A stretch of DNA of 64,000 nucleotides from Phormidesmis sp. (GTDB taxonomy: Bacteria > Cyanobacteriota > Cyanobacteriia > Leptolyngbyales > Leptolyngbyaceae): assembly GCA_965277365.1 (NCBI GenBank), contig CBDICO010000001.1:192786-256785 (forward strand), in the 5' to 3' direction. The notes beneath the pieces were generated by a model that ran no database searches, had not been told where the DNA came from, and saw nothing but the letters and a program-made list of their open reading frames with translations. Positions 49,404-59,442 of the stretch are shown here, in pieces; within the stretch, counting starts at the first letter, position 1, and the number at the start of each line of letters is the position of its first letter. The position numbers and the translations under genes were made by a program.

Positions 49404-49868
49404 ATGGAATTAAATCATCAACCCCAATTAGAAGAGTTTGCTGTCTTTCCAAAACACGTAGGCGTTTGGCAAGGCGATTGGATCAGACTCGACAACAATG
49501 CCCAAGAGACCATGCGATTTACGGGTTTGCTAACGCAGCAGATTATCGATAATCAGTGGATTCAAACTAACCATCACGAATTTCCGGGTGGGAAGAAAGT
49601 CACCCAAAAGTTTATCGGTCGGGTGATTGGCGCAGGCAGAGTTACGATCGAAAGCGCCGATCCGCCTTTTTTCAATTATTTAATGACGGCTCAAGAGGTG
49701 GGAAACCTGCTAGTTTTTGACATTCGTGACAAAGCGACGGGCAATCTTCTAGCGACCGAAACCATTAATTTAGTTCAACCAAATCAGCGCATTCGCACCA
49801 CTCAATCTTTTTCGATCGACGGTGAGTTTCAAGGAGTGATGTTGATTGTTGAACATCGGATTGGATAA
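49404..49868 (+). CDS. Hypothetical lipocalin/calycin-like protein (DUF3598-like)
   Basis: HVGVWQGDW and RIRTTQSF motifs. Confidence 0.6.
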   Translation: MELNHQPQLEEFAVFPKHVGVWQGDWIRLDNNAQETMRFTGLLTQQIIDNQWIQTNHHEFPGGKKVTQKFIGRVIGAGRVTIESADPPFFNYLMTAQEVGNLLVFDIRDKATGNLLATETINLVQPNQRIRTTQSFSIDGEFQGVMLIVEHRIG

Positions 49869-49958
49869 GCACCCCATCTCTAAATTTCGCCAAAAAAATG
49901 GCAGAAACACTTTATAAAACGTCCCTACCATTTATCACTTCTAACGTCTAGAACCGGA

Positions 49959-50399
49959 TTAGTGGCTCATCGTAATTTGCTGACGCTCTGCTTCTAACAG
50001 ATCAAGCAACCTCTGGTCGCCCCGCTCTTGAGCAGCTTGTAGTCGGCGTTGCAGATTGCTCGCCACATTTGCCTGGTGCAATTGACTCAATTCTCTCTGA
50101 GACACTTTTGCAGCAGATCTCGATCGAGATGCGGCTGCCGATTGCGTCAAGCCAGTCAAATTTCCTTGAGCATCACGATCGACATGATAGGTCGCGCCTC
50201 GATACATCAAATCATAGGATCTGAGTTGAGACGATTGAGGTTGGGGAACGGTCGGATCGACGTGATAGGTTGCCCCACGATACATCAAGGTGTAGGGTGC
50301 TTGCAGACGGGGCGCGGGCTTAACAGGTTGTCCAGCGCTGTCGGATCTGGCTTGAGATGGGTCGTAGTCGTAGGTGTTGCCACGATAGATAAGTTTCAT
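49959..50399 (-). CDS. DUF4278-repeat protein with a PirA-like C-terminal helix
   Basis: MKLIYRG, LMYRGATY twice; LHQANVASNLQRRLQAAQERGDQRLLDLLEAE. Confidence 0.8.
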   Translation of the reverse strand: MKLIYRGNTYDYDPSQARSDSAGQPVKPAPRLQAPYTLMYRGATYHVDPTVPQPQSSQLRSYDLMYRGATYHVDRDAQGNLTGLTQSAAASRSRSAAKVSQRELSQLHQANVASNLQRRLQAAQERGDQRLLDLLEAERQQITMSH

Positions 50400-50439
50400 G
50401 AATCGCTTCTCCAAAATGCTTTTTGTGAGGTGAAGAGAA

Positions 50440-50502
50440 GCGCGTTCCTTCAGGAGTAGCCCTTACTTCCGTCCCATCTATTTTTTGAGAGGGGATGAAC
50501 GT
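50440..50502 (-). promoter_or_regulatory. Glutamine riboswitch (glnA motif, class I)
   Basis: Minus strand CGTTCATCCC...GGGACGGAAGTAAGGG...CCTGAAGGAACGCG upstream of a DUF4278 gene. Confidence 0.85.
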
Positions 50503-50511
50503 TTTTCCTTC

Positions 50512-50527
50512 TGTATCTAATCATACA
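50512..50527. promoter_or_regulatory. NtcA box overlapping the -10 element (repressive geometry)
   Basis: TGTA-TCTAATCA-TACA containing minus-strand TATGAT, about 10 nt upstream of the riboswitch. Confidence 0.7.
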
Positions 50528-50594
50528 GTTTTTTAAGAAAAAAGGGTAATCGTCCGTTTGGATGAAACCCGACTGAATTGGGGAATACCCGACC

Positions 50595-52109
50595 CTAGTT
50601 TTTCAGGTCGTAGCCAAATAGATTGGGATCGACTTCACCGAGTTCTAAATCTGCCAGCCCATATTGTGCCCACCGTCGATCGACCATTGCCGCTACATCG
50701 GGGTCAGACACCAACGGCGCAGCCCACGGACGATCGGTTTCTGGATACAGTTTCGTCGTTGCATCAATGCCCATCTTGCTGCCTAGACCCGGCTTTTCAG
50801 TCGCAAAATCGAGTGAGTCAAACGGGTTATCGGGCAAGATAAACACGTCTCTGGCAGGGTCAACTTTCGACGTGATTGCCCATACAACCGCTCTGGGGTC
50901 GCGAATGTTGATGTCTTTATCGACCACAATCACAAATTTTGTATAGCTAAACTGCGGCAGTGCGCTCCAAAATGCTAAAGCGGCTCGTCGAGCGTGACCG
51001 GGATACACTTTGTCGATCGAGATCACGGCTGCTTTATAACTCAAAGCCTCCATCGGCAAAAAGAAATCGACAATTTCGGGCACCTGCTGTCTAAGAATTG
51101 GAGTATAAACGCGGTTGAGTGCCAGCGCCATCATCGCGTCTTCTTTAGGCGGACGACCGCTAAACGTCGTCAGATAAATCGGATCTTTGCGGTGAGTCAT
51201 ACAGTGAAATCGAAACAGAGGCGCTGCCTCATTTACACCGCCGTAATAACCCATGTGATCGCCTGCGGGACCATCTACGCCAACTTCTCCGGGTGTGACA
51301 GTGCCTTCTAACACGAATTCGGAGGTGGCAGGCACTTCTAAATCAACGGTTTTGCACTTGGCTAAATGGATGCCCGATCCGCCGTAAAGCCCAGCAAATA
51401 GCCACTCAGACATATCGATCGGAACAGGAGTTGCCGCCGCCAAAATCACAAGCGGATCGACTCCAATGGCGATCGCGACTTCTAAATCTTGCCCCATCGC
51501 TGCCGCTTTTCTCAAATGCCGAGTCGGACCGCGCACCGAGAGCCACTGCACCGTCATCGTGTTTTTAGAGTGCAACTGCAATCGATATACGCCCACATTC
51601 GGGATTTTGGTTTCGGGATCTTTAGTAATCATCAATCCCAAGGTCATCACCTTGCCCGCATCACCGGGATAGACGCGCAGCATCGGCAGCGTGGTCAGAT
51701 CTACGTCGTCACCTTTTACGACGACTTGCTGACAGGGCGGAAACAGATCGCGATCGGGGTTTGCCCGCAAGACATCAAACAACACTTTGCCGAGGTCGAT
51801 CGCTTGAGACACTTTTTTAGGCGGTCTGGGTTGATAGAGCAACGCCAATTTTTTGCCCAACGTCTCTAACTCCTGCGGAGACTCCATGTTCATTGCCCAG
51901 CAGACTCGCTCGACGGTGCCCAAAAGATTAATTGCGACTGGATAGGGAGAGCCTTTGACATTCTCAAACAGCAGCCCCGGACCGCCGCGCTGCAACATCC
52001 GATTAGCGATCTCAGCGATCTCTAAATCTGAGTCAACGACTGCACGAATGCGGCGCAACTGCCCCCGCTGCTCAAGCTGTTTGATGAAACCCCGCAGATC
52101 TCTCGCCAT
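50595..52109 (-). CDS. ubiD: UbiD-family decarboxylase
   Basis: DGPAGDHMGYY, GRPPKED and KMGIDATTK motifs. Confidence 0.92.
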   Translation of the reverse strand: MARDLRGFIKQLEQRGQLRRIRAVVDSDLEIAEIANRMLQRGGPGLLFENVKGSPYPVAINLLGTVERVCWAMNMESPQELETLGKKLALLYQPRPPKKVSQAIDLGKVLFDVLRANPDRDLFPPCQQVVVKGDDVDLTTLPMLRVYPGDAGKVMTLGLMITKDPETKIPNVGVYRLQLHSKNTMTVQWLSVRGPTRHLRKAAAMGQDLEVAIAIGVDPLVILAAATPVPIDMSEWLFAGLYGGSGIHLAKCKTVDLEVPATSEFVLEGTVTPGEVGVDGPAGDHMGYYGGVNEAAPLFRFHCMTHRKDPIYLTTFSGRPPKEDAMMALALNRVYTPILRQQVPEIVDFFLPMEALSYKAAVISIDKVYPGHARRAALAFWSALPQFSYTKFVIVVDKDINIRDPRAVVWAITSKVDPARDVFILPDNPFDSLDFATEKPGLGSKMGIDATTKLYPETDRPWAAPLVSDPDVAAMVDRRWAQYGLADLELGEVDPNLFGYDLKN

Positions 52110-52215
52110 GATGAAGCAATGTAAATTCCTGTTCTCATTATGAGTCGAGAAGTCATCAAAACGCTGGTCTTAGATTCAATTTGGGAATTGTAGGCAAAGA
52201 TAGCGCGATTCACCT

Positions 52216-53016
52216 ATGTCTACTCAAAAAGTCCCTTTAGAAACTCTTCAGAAAATTAGGCAATATATTAAAAATGCTTTGGTGTTGCCTGAATCAGAAA
52301 ATCATCCCAAAGCCCGATCGCTTGAAGCAGCCGAAGTGCCCGAACCGAATTCTCTCGCAGGTTTAGGCGATTTATTTCACGTAGGCGATTTGCCAGAAAT
52401 GACTGTTCAAATGCCCAACGATCGAGGGCGATGGTTTATTAGTACCGCGAACCCCGGATGTGTATTAATGAAGCTACCGGGACTGAAGCTAAAGGCAGGA
52501 GTCCGGCTAGTGAGCTATCTCTATCGGTTAGAGAAAGATGGCTTGAGCGTCACCTGGGCGCTTCCAGAAGCACTGAGCACTACGGCTCTTTTAGAAGCCG
52601 CTTTAAAGACGTGCAGAGAGGAAGAAAATTCTCCAAAGCCAGAAGGCAGGCTTGCCGATTTGATGGACGCGATCGAAGGCGATCGCTCCCCTATGTCGTT
52701 TGTGATTGCCTCGATCGTGCGCCGAGAACTCAAAGAATTTGGGACCTTAGGGAAATCTCGCAATTGGTCAAATCATCAGCTCATTGACGCTCTCCCGGCT
52801 CAGGTGCAGTGGCAGTGGCGCACCCAAGCCTCAAAAGATCTGTCGCCAAAAGTTCGGCTGCTTCCAGAAGGCAAAGCGATGCTGGAGTTTTATACCTGCC
52901 GGACGACGGCACCCATTGCCATCTTTCAGCACGTTGACCAATATGCTGCCGGAAAGTATCAGGCGAAAGGAGTCGATCGGGCAGTGGCGATCGCTCAAAA
53001 AAACGTTCGCGCTTAA
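52216..53016 (+). CDS. Conserved hypothetical protein
   Basis: 266-aa ORF with typical codon and HIP1 content. Confidence 0.7.
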   Translation: MSTQKVPLETLQKIRQYIKNALVLPESENHPKARSLEAAEVPEPNSLAGLGDLFHVGDLPEMTVQMPNDRGRWFISTANPGCVLMKLPGLKLKAGVRLVSYLYRLEKDGLSVTWALPEALSTTALLEAALKTCREEENSPKPEGRLADLMDAIEGDRSPMSFVIASIVRRELKEFGTLGKSRNWSNHQLIDALPAQVQWQWRTQASKDLSPKVRLLPEGKAMLEFYTCRTTAPIAIFQHVDQYAAGKYQAKGVDRAVAIAQKNVRA

Positions 53017-53035
53017 TTGGGGAAATGACCTTTGC

Positions 53036-53896
53036 TTAGGGGGTTGGCGGAAATTTTACCTCTTCTACGACCTTGCCCGGTGCCCCTAAAGGTTTAGCTG
53101 CCCCGTTGTTATAAGACACCAAAACGCCCCCCGCATTCCCAGCGCTGATGCTGACTTGCTTTTGTCCTCCCCACGTTTGTTGGGTGCCCTTTTGCAGAGT
53201 GCCCTCAAATACAACTTTGCCATCCACAGTCACTTGTACCCAGCTTTTATCAATCACATTCAGGTTTACCGCAACGGGTTTAGCGCTGCCACTAAGACTC
53301 GATGACGCTGATGACGGGGTAGCCGCTTGTGACTTTGCCGCTTGAGAAGCTGTGCTGTTGGTTGTCAAAGGCTTAGAAGCTGGCGATTCATCCTTTTTAG
53401 GATGATTGACTAAGCTTGCAATAACCAGAATTACTGCTCCTAGCCCGATCGCGCCTCCAAGCGCATAGAGCCACAAAGGACGCTTAGACGGCTCAGCTAA
53501 GACTTCGACTGGCTCTAGCGGGAGCAGTTCTGCCTCGTATTGGGGCACTGGCGACTCGATCGCAAATTCTTTTGATAGAGCGGTTCCATCTAAGCCTAGT
53601 GTGTCAGCATAGCGACGAATAAATCCCTGGACGAAGACTGGCTCTGGCAGCAAATCCAATCGTCCGGCTTCGATCGCGGTGAGCAGTCGCAAAGGGATGT
53701 AGGTTTTGGTCGCAACTGCTGCTAAAGACACCGATCGGGCTTCGCGCTCATGGCTCAGTTTTGAACCGATGGTTTTGAGTTGCTCCGCCTGTGTTGATGA
53801 ATCCGAATACTCCACTGCTCCCCCCGTGGTTTTTGTCACGATATCAGATGTTTGCTCTTGATAGAACGATAGAGTGTCGCTGATTATGGCTGTCAA
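53036..53896 (-). CDS. RodZ-like HTH / DUF4115 protein
   Basis: LPEPVFVQGFIRRYA, a TM segment and SAGNAGGV. Confidence 0.88.
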   Translation of the reverse strand: MTAIISDTLSFYQEQTSDIVTKTTGGAVEYSDSSTQAEQLKTIGSKLSHEREARSVSLAAVATKTYIPLRLLTAIEAGRLDLLPEPVFVQGFIRRYADTLGLDGTALSKEFAIESPVPQYEAELLPLEPVEVLAEPSKRPLWLYALGGAIGLGAVILVIASLVNHPKKDESPASKPLTTNSTASQAAKSQAATPSSASSSLSGSAKPVAVNLNVIDKSWVQVTVDGKVVFEGTLQKGTQQTWGGQKQVSISAGNAGGVLVSYNNGAAKPLGAPGKVVEEVKFPPTP

Positions 53897-54134
53897 GAGT
53901 GAGTTTTTGATTTTAACAGACAGCCTGGTCAGTGGATGAATTCAGTTTAATAAAGAATGGCGATCGCAACTGCAAGGGGTGATGTCGCCTCCTTGGACTG
54001 ATCCAAGATGATAGGACACGATCGCCCCCTGTCACCGTGCATCAATCTAGATTCTTCCTTCAGAGCGACCCGAAAATTCGATAATCAAGGCAAAATCTAC
54101 GATCAGAGACGTTGGGCTAATTATTCAGGTTCTT

Positions 54135-55208
54135 ATGCAAATCGATCACATTCATTTTTATGTCAAAGATGCTCGTGAATCGCGAGATTGGTTTATTCAA
54201 AAGCTTGGTTTCTACTCAGTTCCCCAAGATTGCATCGCTCCCGCTTCGGATCACACCCATACAGAAGTCGTTGCAAATGGTTCTATTTACTTTGTCTTCT
54301 CATCGGCTCTTGACGATTTCAGCCCCGTCAGTGATTTTTTAAGCGCTCATCCTCCAGGGGTGGTAGATGTGGCGTTTGGCGTGGAGAATATTGAGACTGT
54401 GATGAATCGGGCGATCGCTCAGGGAGCCACAGTGCTCCAACCCCTGCAAACTGAAGGATCGTTAAAGTGGGCACAAATTTCTGCGTGGGGAACGTTGACC
54501 CACACGTTGATTGAGCGTTCTACCGCTTTGTTGCCTATAGGCAAAGACTCGGAGCAGTCTCCGAATATCACGTTTAGCCGCATCGATCACGTCGTTCTCA
54601 ATGTCGCACTCGGAGATTTAGACCGAGCCGTTGACTGGTATGAAACCGTTCTCGGCTTTGAGCCTCAGCAGATGTTCGCGATTAAAACTGATCGCTCTGG
54701 TCTGTGCAGTCGGGTGATGCGCTATCCAAACGGTCGGGTGCAAGTGCCAATCAATGAGCCAACCTCAGACAATTCCCAAATTCAAGAATTTTTGGATTTG
54801 AATCGGGGGGCGGGGGTGCAGCATATTGCGATTCATACCGAGAATATTGTGGACGCAATCGCTCACCTCCGAGACGCGGGGCTGTCTTTTTTGAAGGTGC
54901 CCGCCAGCTATTACACTCAGGTGCGCCAGCGAGATGATTGCGTTCTATCTGAGTCTCAGCTTACTGATATTGAAGCTCAACAGATTTTAGTCGATTGGCA
55001 ATCAAAGATGCCCGAAGCCGTTTTGCTGCAAACGTTTACTCTGCCTATCTTTGAGCAGCCGACTTTCTTTTTTGAACTGATCGAGCGACACACCTATCAA
55101 GTTGACGATCGCCTCCATCAAGCTCAAGGGTTTGGTGAGGGAAACTTTAGAGCGTTGTTTGAAGCGATCGAGCGAGAACAGTTAAAGCGAGGCAGTCTGA
55201 AAGCCTAA
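54135..55208 (+). CDS. hppD: 4-hydroxyphenylpyruvate dioxygenase
   Basis: IDHVVLNV, GVQHIA, LLQTFT and GFGEGNFRALFEAIE motifs. Confidence 0.95.
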   Translation: MQIDHIHFYVKDARESRDWFIQKLGFYSVPQDCIAPASDHTHTEVVANGSIYFVFSSALDDFSPVSDFLSAHPPGVVDVAFGVENIETVMNRAIAQGATVLQPLQTEGSLKWAQISAWGTLTHTLIERSTALLPIGKDSEQSPNITFSRIDHVVLNVALGDLDRAVDWYETVLGFEPQQMFAIKTDRSGLCSRVMRYPNGRVQVPINEPTSDNSQIQEFLDLNRGAGVQHIAIHTENIVDAIAHLRDAGLSFLKVPASYYTQVRQRDDCVLSESQLTDIEAQQILVDWQSKMPEAVLLQTFTLPIFEQPTFFFELIERHTYQVDDRLHQAQGFGEGNFRALFEAIEREQLKRGSLKA

Positions 55209-55482
55209 CGTCGATCGCGTTCCAGGTCATAAATTGCTTTTTCCCAATACCAATCTTCTGGCATACTAGGATTTTTGAGTTTTAGCTGCTCAACGAGATC
55301 GCTGGCAATTCTGCGATCGCGCCCACAAAGTCATTGAGCTGAAATCGGGCAAGTCCTTGCTGATAGTAGGCTTCGGTGAAATTGGGTTGAGCGGCGATCG
55401 CCTGAGCAAAGAATTGGATCGCTCTCTGATAGTGGTGGGCATCTGCTTGAGCGATGCCTTGCTGATAAAATGACTCATCCAT
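55205..55482 (-). pseudogene. TPR gene with an internal out-of-frame deletion joined at a HIP1 site
   Basis: 54 N-terminal TPR codons run into GCGATCGC (55313-55320); another frame from the same octamer reads DRRIASDLVEQLKLKNPSMPEDWYWEKAIYDLERDRR*. Confidence 0.75.
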
Positions 55483-55485
55483 CGT

Positions 55486-56277
55486 CTAACGTTCCTTGGA
55501 TGTTGCCTGAAGTTTCGCCGCCGTTCTAAGAATTTGTCCGGCTAAAATTGCGGCTCCAAACCCATTATCAATGTTGACGACTCCGATCCCCGCCGCACAA
55601 GAATTGAGCATCGTTAACAAGGGTGCGAGTCCGTTAAAACTAGCCCCATATCCCACACTCGTAGGCACGGCAACGATCGGGCAATCTGCCAAGCCCCCTA
55701 CGACACTGGGCAATGCCCCTTCCATGCCTGCCACAACGATTAACACATCGGCATCCTTCAAGACGTGCAGGTTATTCAACAATCGATGAATTCCGGCGAC
55801 TCCGACATCCCAAAGTCGCTGCACTTTAAAGCCACAAAGTTCGGCAGTGACAGCGGCTTCTTCGGCAACGGGGAGATCGGCAGTTCCGGCTGAGAGGATG
55901 CCGATCGTTCCGAGGATTTGGGAGTTGGGAGTTTGGGGTGAGGTGAGGGCACAGATTCGGGCAGTCGCGTAGTAACAAACATCGGGCACGATCGCTTTGA
56001 TTGCGTCATAAACGTCCGGCTCAATGCGAGTTGCCATGATTGTTGAGGTGCGATCGCGCATCGCTTCCATAATTTTGGCGATCTGCTGAGGTGTCTTTCC
56101 CAATCCCCAAATCACTTCAGGAAAGCCTGTCCGTAGGGCGCGATGGTGATCGATGTGAGCAAAATCTCCGACCCGTTCATAAGAAAGATTTTTGAGTTTA
56201 CCGATCGCCTCTTCTGGGCTAATGGCTCCCAGAGCAACGGAGTCGAGCAGAGTTTTGAGAGCTTCGGGTTGAGTCAT
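55486..56277 (-). CDS. larB: LarB/CpmA (AIR-carboxylase-like) protein; likely start ATG 56277
   Basis: SAGTAD, DVGVAGIHRL, AGMEGALPSV and NIDNGFGAA motifs. Confidence 0.92.
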   Translation of the reverse strand: MTQPEALKTLLDSVALGAISPEEAIGKLKNLSYERVGDFAHIDHHRALRTGFPEVIWGLGKTPQQIAKIMEAMRDRTSTIMATRIEPDVYDAIKAIVPDVCYYATARICALTSPQTPNSQILGTIGILSAGTADLPVAEEAAVTAELCGFKVQRLWDVGVAGIHRLLNNLHVLKDADVLIVVAGMEGALPSVVGGLADCPIVAVPTSVGYGASFNGLAPLLTMLNSCAAGIGVVNIDNGFGAAILAGQILRTAAKLQATSKER

Positions 56278-56424
56278 TTTGAACGAGAAAGAGGGCGTTT
56301 CAGATTTTCTTAGGAGCGTGGATTTATTGAAGGTGCAACTTCTCGTACTCAACTAGAGTGTATATCAGTTCGTTGATGGCTCCGTTTGAGTCCGCTTGCG
56401 CCCCCAAATCTCCCATTCTGGGGA

Positions 56425-56650
56425 AGGGCTAGTTTATTGAGAACAGTCAAATAGGTGATGGAGGTCATGCGCGACTGCCCGGATTCCTTGTGCAACCGAG
56501 TCAAAGCCGTTTAATCGCAGCAGATTGACGGCGATCGTCCACAGGATAGAAAAAACGGCATTCGCTCAAATGCCAAGTCCTGATCAGCCAGTCCACTGGG
56601 GCGGTGATCTGTCTGTCTTTCGGCAATGGAAGTCCGCATGATCTCAAGCT
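56425..56650 (-). mobile_element. Degraded 3' remnant of an ISAs1-like transposase
   Basis: ANAVFSILWTIAVNLLRLNGFDSVAQGIRAVAHDLHHLF...* (56434-56565) followed by CTAGCCCT. Confidence 0.5.
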
Positions 56651-56728
56651 CTTTCAAGCATCAGTCGGACATCTCCATCCTGACACATAAGGCTTTAAGA
56701 ACTTATGGGCAGCGGCTTGGTTCGGTGA

Positions 56729-57556
56729 TTATTGTCTCTGCTGATGGGCGGCTTGTTTGATCGGCTCCAGCAAGTCTAACGATAAATGCAAGCTGTTGAG
56801 AGACGAATAATCATCGTGCTTAGTTTCGGGGTTGGGACCGTGATAGTCGCTGCCGCCCGTCACTAGCAATTGATACTCCTCACAGAGCACTGCGAGGCGA
56901 GCGACTTGCCTAAGCGTGTGGCTAGGGTGAAATACCTCAATGCCCATCAATCCCGCCTCGACGAGTTGAGGCAAAATCGCTTCGACATAGCCACCTCGAA
57001 AAAGACACGGATGTGCCCAGACCGGAACCGCTTTACACGATCGCAGCAACGCTATGCCGTCCTCGCTGTCGAATTTTTCATAATGCACATAGGCAGGTTT
57101 ATCATCTCCAAGGAAGCGATCGAACGCCTCTCGCGATGAGCCGACATATCCAGCGCGCACCATTGCCGACGCAATATGAGGACGACCGGGAGCCATGCCT
57201 TCTCCTAGGTCTGGCAACTCGACGGGATAGCCGAGATCGACAAGTTTTTCGATGATTGCTTGCGATCGCCGTTTGCGTCCTTCCAGTCGTTCATTTAACG
57301 GCGCAGATAGGAGATCTCGATCGGGGTAGAAGCCCAAAATGTGCAGAGAGCGATCGTTGCAAACGGTGCTGAGTTCGAGTCCGGGGACGATTTCGAGACG
57401 GTCGAGCGCGGCAGCAAAGGCTTCATCCCACCCGCTCATGGTGTCGTGGTCAGTGATCGCTAATGCCTGGACTTGTTTGGCGATCGCGGCGTTGACTAAC
57501 TCTGTAGGGGTGAGAGTGCCGTCAGAATAGGTTGTGTGACAGTGAAGTTCTAACAT
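56729..57556 (-). CDS. PHP-domain phosphoesterase (likely start ATG 57556)
   Basis: LHCHTTYSDG, AITDHDT and GGSDYHG motifs. Confidence 0.92.
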   Translation of the reverse strand: MLELHCHTTYSDGTLTPTELVNAAIAKQVQALAITDHDTMSGWDEAFAAALDRLEIVPGLELSTVCNDRSLHILGFYPDRDLLSAPLNERLEGRKRRSQAIIEKLVDLGYPVELPDLGEGMAPGRPHIASAMVRAGYVGSSREAFDRFLGDDKPAYVHYEKFDSEDGIALLRSCKAVPVWAHPCLFRGGYVEAILPQLVEAGLMGIEVFHPSHTLRQVARLAVLCEEYQLLVTGGSDYHGPNPETKHDDYSSLNSLHLSLDLLEPIKQAAHQQRQ

Positions 57557-57592
57557 ACTTCTATTACAACACTGATTAATTGGGTCGTTGAG

Positions 57593-58414
57593 ATGCCTGA
57601 AGGTCCAGAAATTAGACAAGCGGCTGATGAGGTGGCAAAGGCATTGGTCGATCGACCTGTGGCTGAGATTTTTTTTGCGTTCGATCGGCTCAAATCATTT
57701 GAGGAAATGCTGACCGGGGAAACCATCACGGCGGTTAGAACCCGCGGAAAAGCGATGGTGATTTGCTTTTCTATTCCGCTTTATATCTATAGCCACAATC
57801 AGCTTTATGGTCGCTGGTATGTGCGAAATTTGCAGTCCTATCCCACGACGAATCGGCAGTTGCGATTGGCGATTCACAATTCAAAAAAATCAGCTTTGCT
57901 CTACAGTGCATCTGACATTCAAGTGCTGGATGAGTATGGGTTAGCAACTCATTCGTTTTTGAGTCGAGTCGAATTGGACGTGTTGGATCAAGCCGTCACC
58001 GTTAAGGAAGTGGTCGCTCGCTATCTCGATAAGCGATTTCAGCGTCGTCAGTTGACATCACTGCTGTTAGATCAACATTTCTTAGGCGGATTGGGAAACT
58101 ATCTTCGCAGTGAGATTTTGTTTGTCGCCCAAGTACATCCGTCGTTGCGTCCCATAGACTGCGATACTGAACAGATTCAAGCGCTGGCACAAGCTGTGTT
58201 AGCGGTGACCCACCAGTCTTATCTGACCAAGGGCATCACCAACGATTTACAGATTGTTGCTCACCTTAAAGAACAAAACTACAAACGCAGTGACTATCGG
58301 CATTATGTCTTCGGTCGTCAAGGCAAACCTTGTTTTTTGTGCGGAACAGCGATCGTCAAAGACCTCTATGCAGGACGGCGGCTCTATTTTTGTCCTCAAT
58401 GTCAGGCTCTCTAA
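57593..58414 (+). CDS. nei: Endonuclease VIII
   Basis: MPEGPEI, HNQLYG, GLGNYLRSE and a C4 zinc finger. Confidence 0.93.
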   Translation: MPEGPEIRQAADEVAKALVDRPVAEIFFAFDRLKSFEEMLTGETITAVRTRGKAMVICFSIPLYIYSHNQLYGRWYVRNLQSYPTTNRQLRLAIHNSKKSALLYSASDIQVLDEYGLATHSFLSRVELDVLDQAVTVKEVVARYLDKRFQRRQLTSLLLDQHFLGGLGNYLRSEILFVAQVHPSLRPIDCDTEQIQALAQAVLAVTHQSYLTKGITNDLQIVAHLKEQNYKRSDYRHYVFGRQGKPCFLCGTAIVKDLYAGRRLYFCPQCQAL

Positions 58415-58424
58415 ATCGAACTCT

Positions 58425-58703
58425 ATGGAACTGATTCGTGTGATGCAAACGCTGTTCGATCGTCCTCCAATTCCCTTTGATCCCAATCGGCAGTCGCTCA
58501 AGAGTTGGGCGAAGTTTTGCCTGCAAGATCGAGGGTTTAAGGTGGTCTATGCTCAAAACGCCGACTTTGCAATCGAAACCAACGCAGGCGAAAAAGTCTA
58601 TTTCAAAGTCAATACCAGGGCTGAAAACTTAGACCTCAAAACGGGATGGATTGTCGTTAACGAGTCGGGTCGAACCGCAACGGTGATTGCTCCTCAACCT
58701 TAA
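58425..58703 (+). CDS. Small conserved hypothetical protein
   Basis: SWAKFCLQDRGFKVVYAQNADFAIE. Confidence 0.65.
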   Translation: MELIRVMQTLFDRPPIPFDPNRQSLKSWAKFCLQDRGFKVVYAQNADFAIETNAGEKVYFKVNTRAENLDLKTGWIVVNESGRTATVIAPQP

Positions 58704-59326
58704 CTGACTCTAGCTTTACGAGATGCTCTGACAATTGCCATATCTGAACTGCGACGCAATTGCTCGGGAGTGGTGCGTCGCTCTGCCCGATCAGGACGCG
58801 ATTCAACAATGCCGCTCTGGTTGAGAATCAACATTCCTCTGACTTCTCGCCAAAAGGGACGATCGGACTTGTGTAAATCGAGCAATAGCAGCGTCACACT
58901 CAGCAGCAAAATTCCGACTCCGACGACGAAGAGGGATAGAGCCGTTGTAATTAACCACGATGCATCCCAAACCGTTCTCAGTGCCAGAGCGAAGGTGCTG
59001 GCAACAAAAACCATAAATGCGTAGTGAATGGCAATCGTGCTGTTTTGCGCCAATTTGACCTGCTGTTGCAGGTGACGAAGCTGCTTTTTGAGCAGCAGGA
59101 GACGATCGCCCTGAGAGCCATAGGCAAGATGTAACACCTGATAATATTCTAAGCTGGTGGTTTGCAGACGCTGTTCTAGAGCACTTCGTCTGAGCAACAA
59201 GCCTGCCAAAATAAAGGCACAGGCGACAATCATCAGCACTGAGTTGAGAATTAGTTGAATGAGTTGGGTAGTCTGCTCAACACTCATAGAATTGCCTCCG
59301 CCAGGGTTGAGATGAGGATAGCACAA
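58700..59326 (-). CDS. DUF2721-like membrane protein
   Basis: EQTTQLIQLILNSVLM start; three TM segments. Confidence 0.7.
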   Translation of the reverse strand: MCYPHLNPGGGNSMSVEQTTQLIQLILNSVLMIVACAFILAGLLLRRSALEQRLQTTSLEYYQVLHLAYGSQGDRLLLLKKQLRHLQQQVKLAQNSTIAIHYAFMVFVASTFALALRTVWDASWLITTALSLFVVGVGILLLSVTLLLLDLHKSDRPFWREVRGMLILNQSGIVESRPDRAERRTTPEQLRRSSDMAIVRASRKARVS

Positions 59327-59442
59327 TTTAGTATATTTGTACTAACTACTTCTATTGGACTGACCAGCAATATTGCCGCTCCCACTGCTGAAGCAGGTGA
59401 AATTCTTGGCTTAACGGAGCCACTTAAACTCACGCTAATGAA

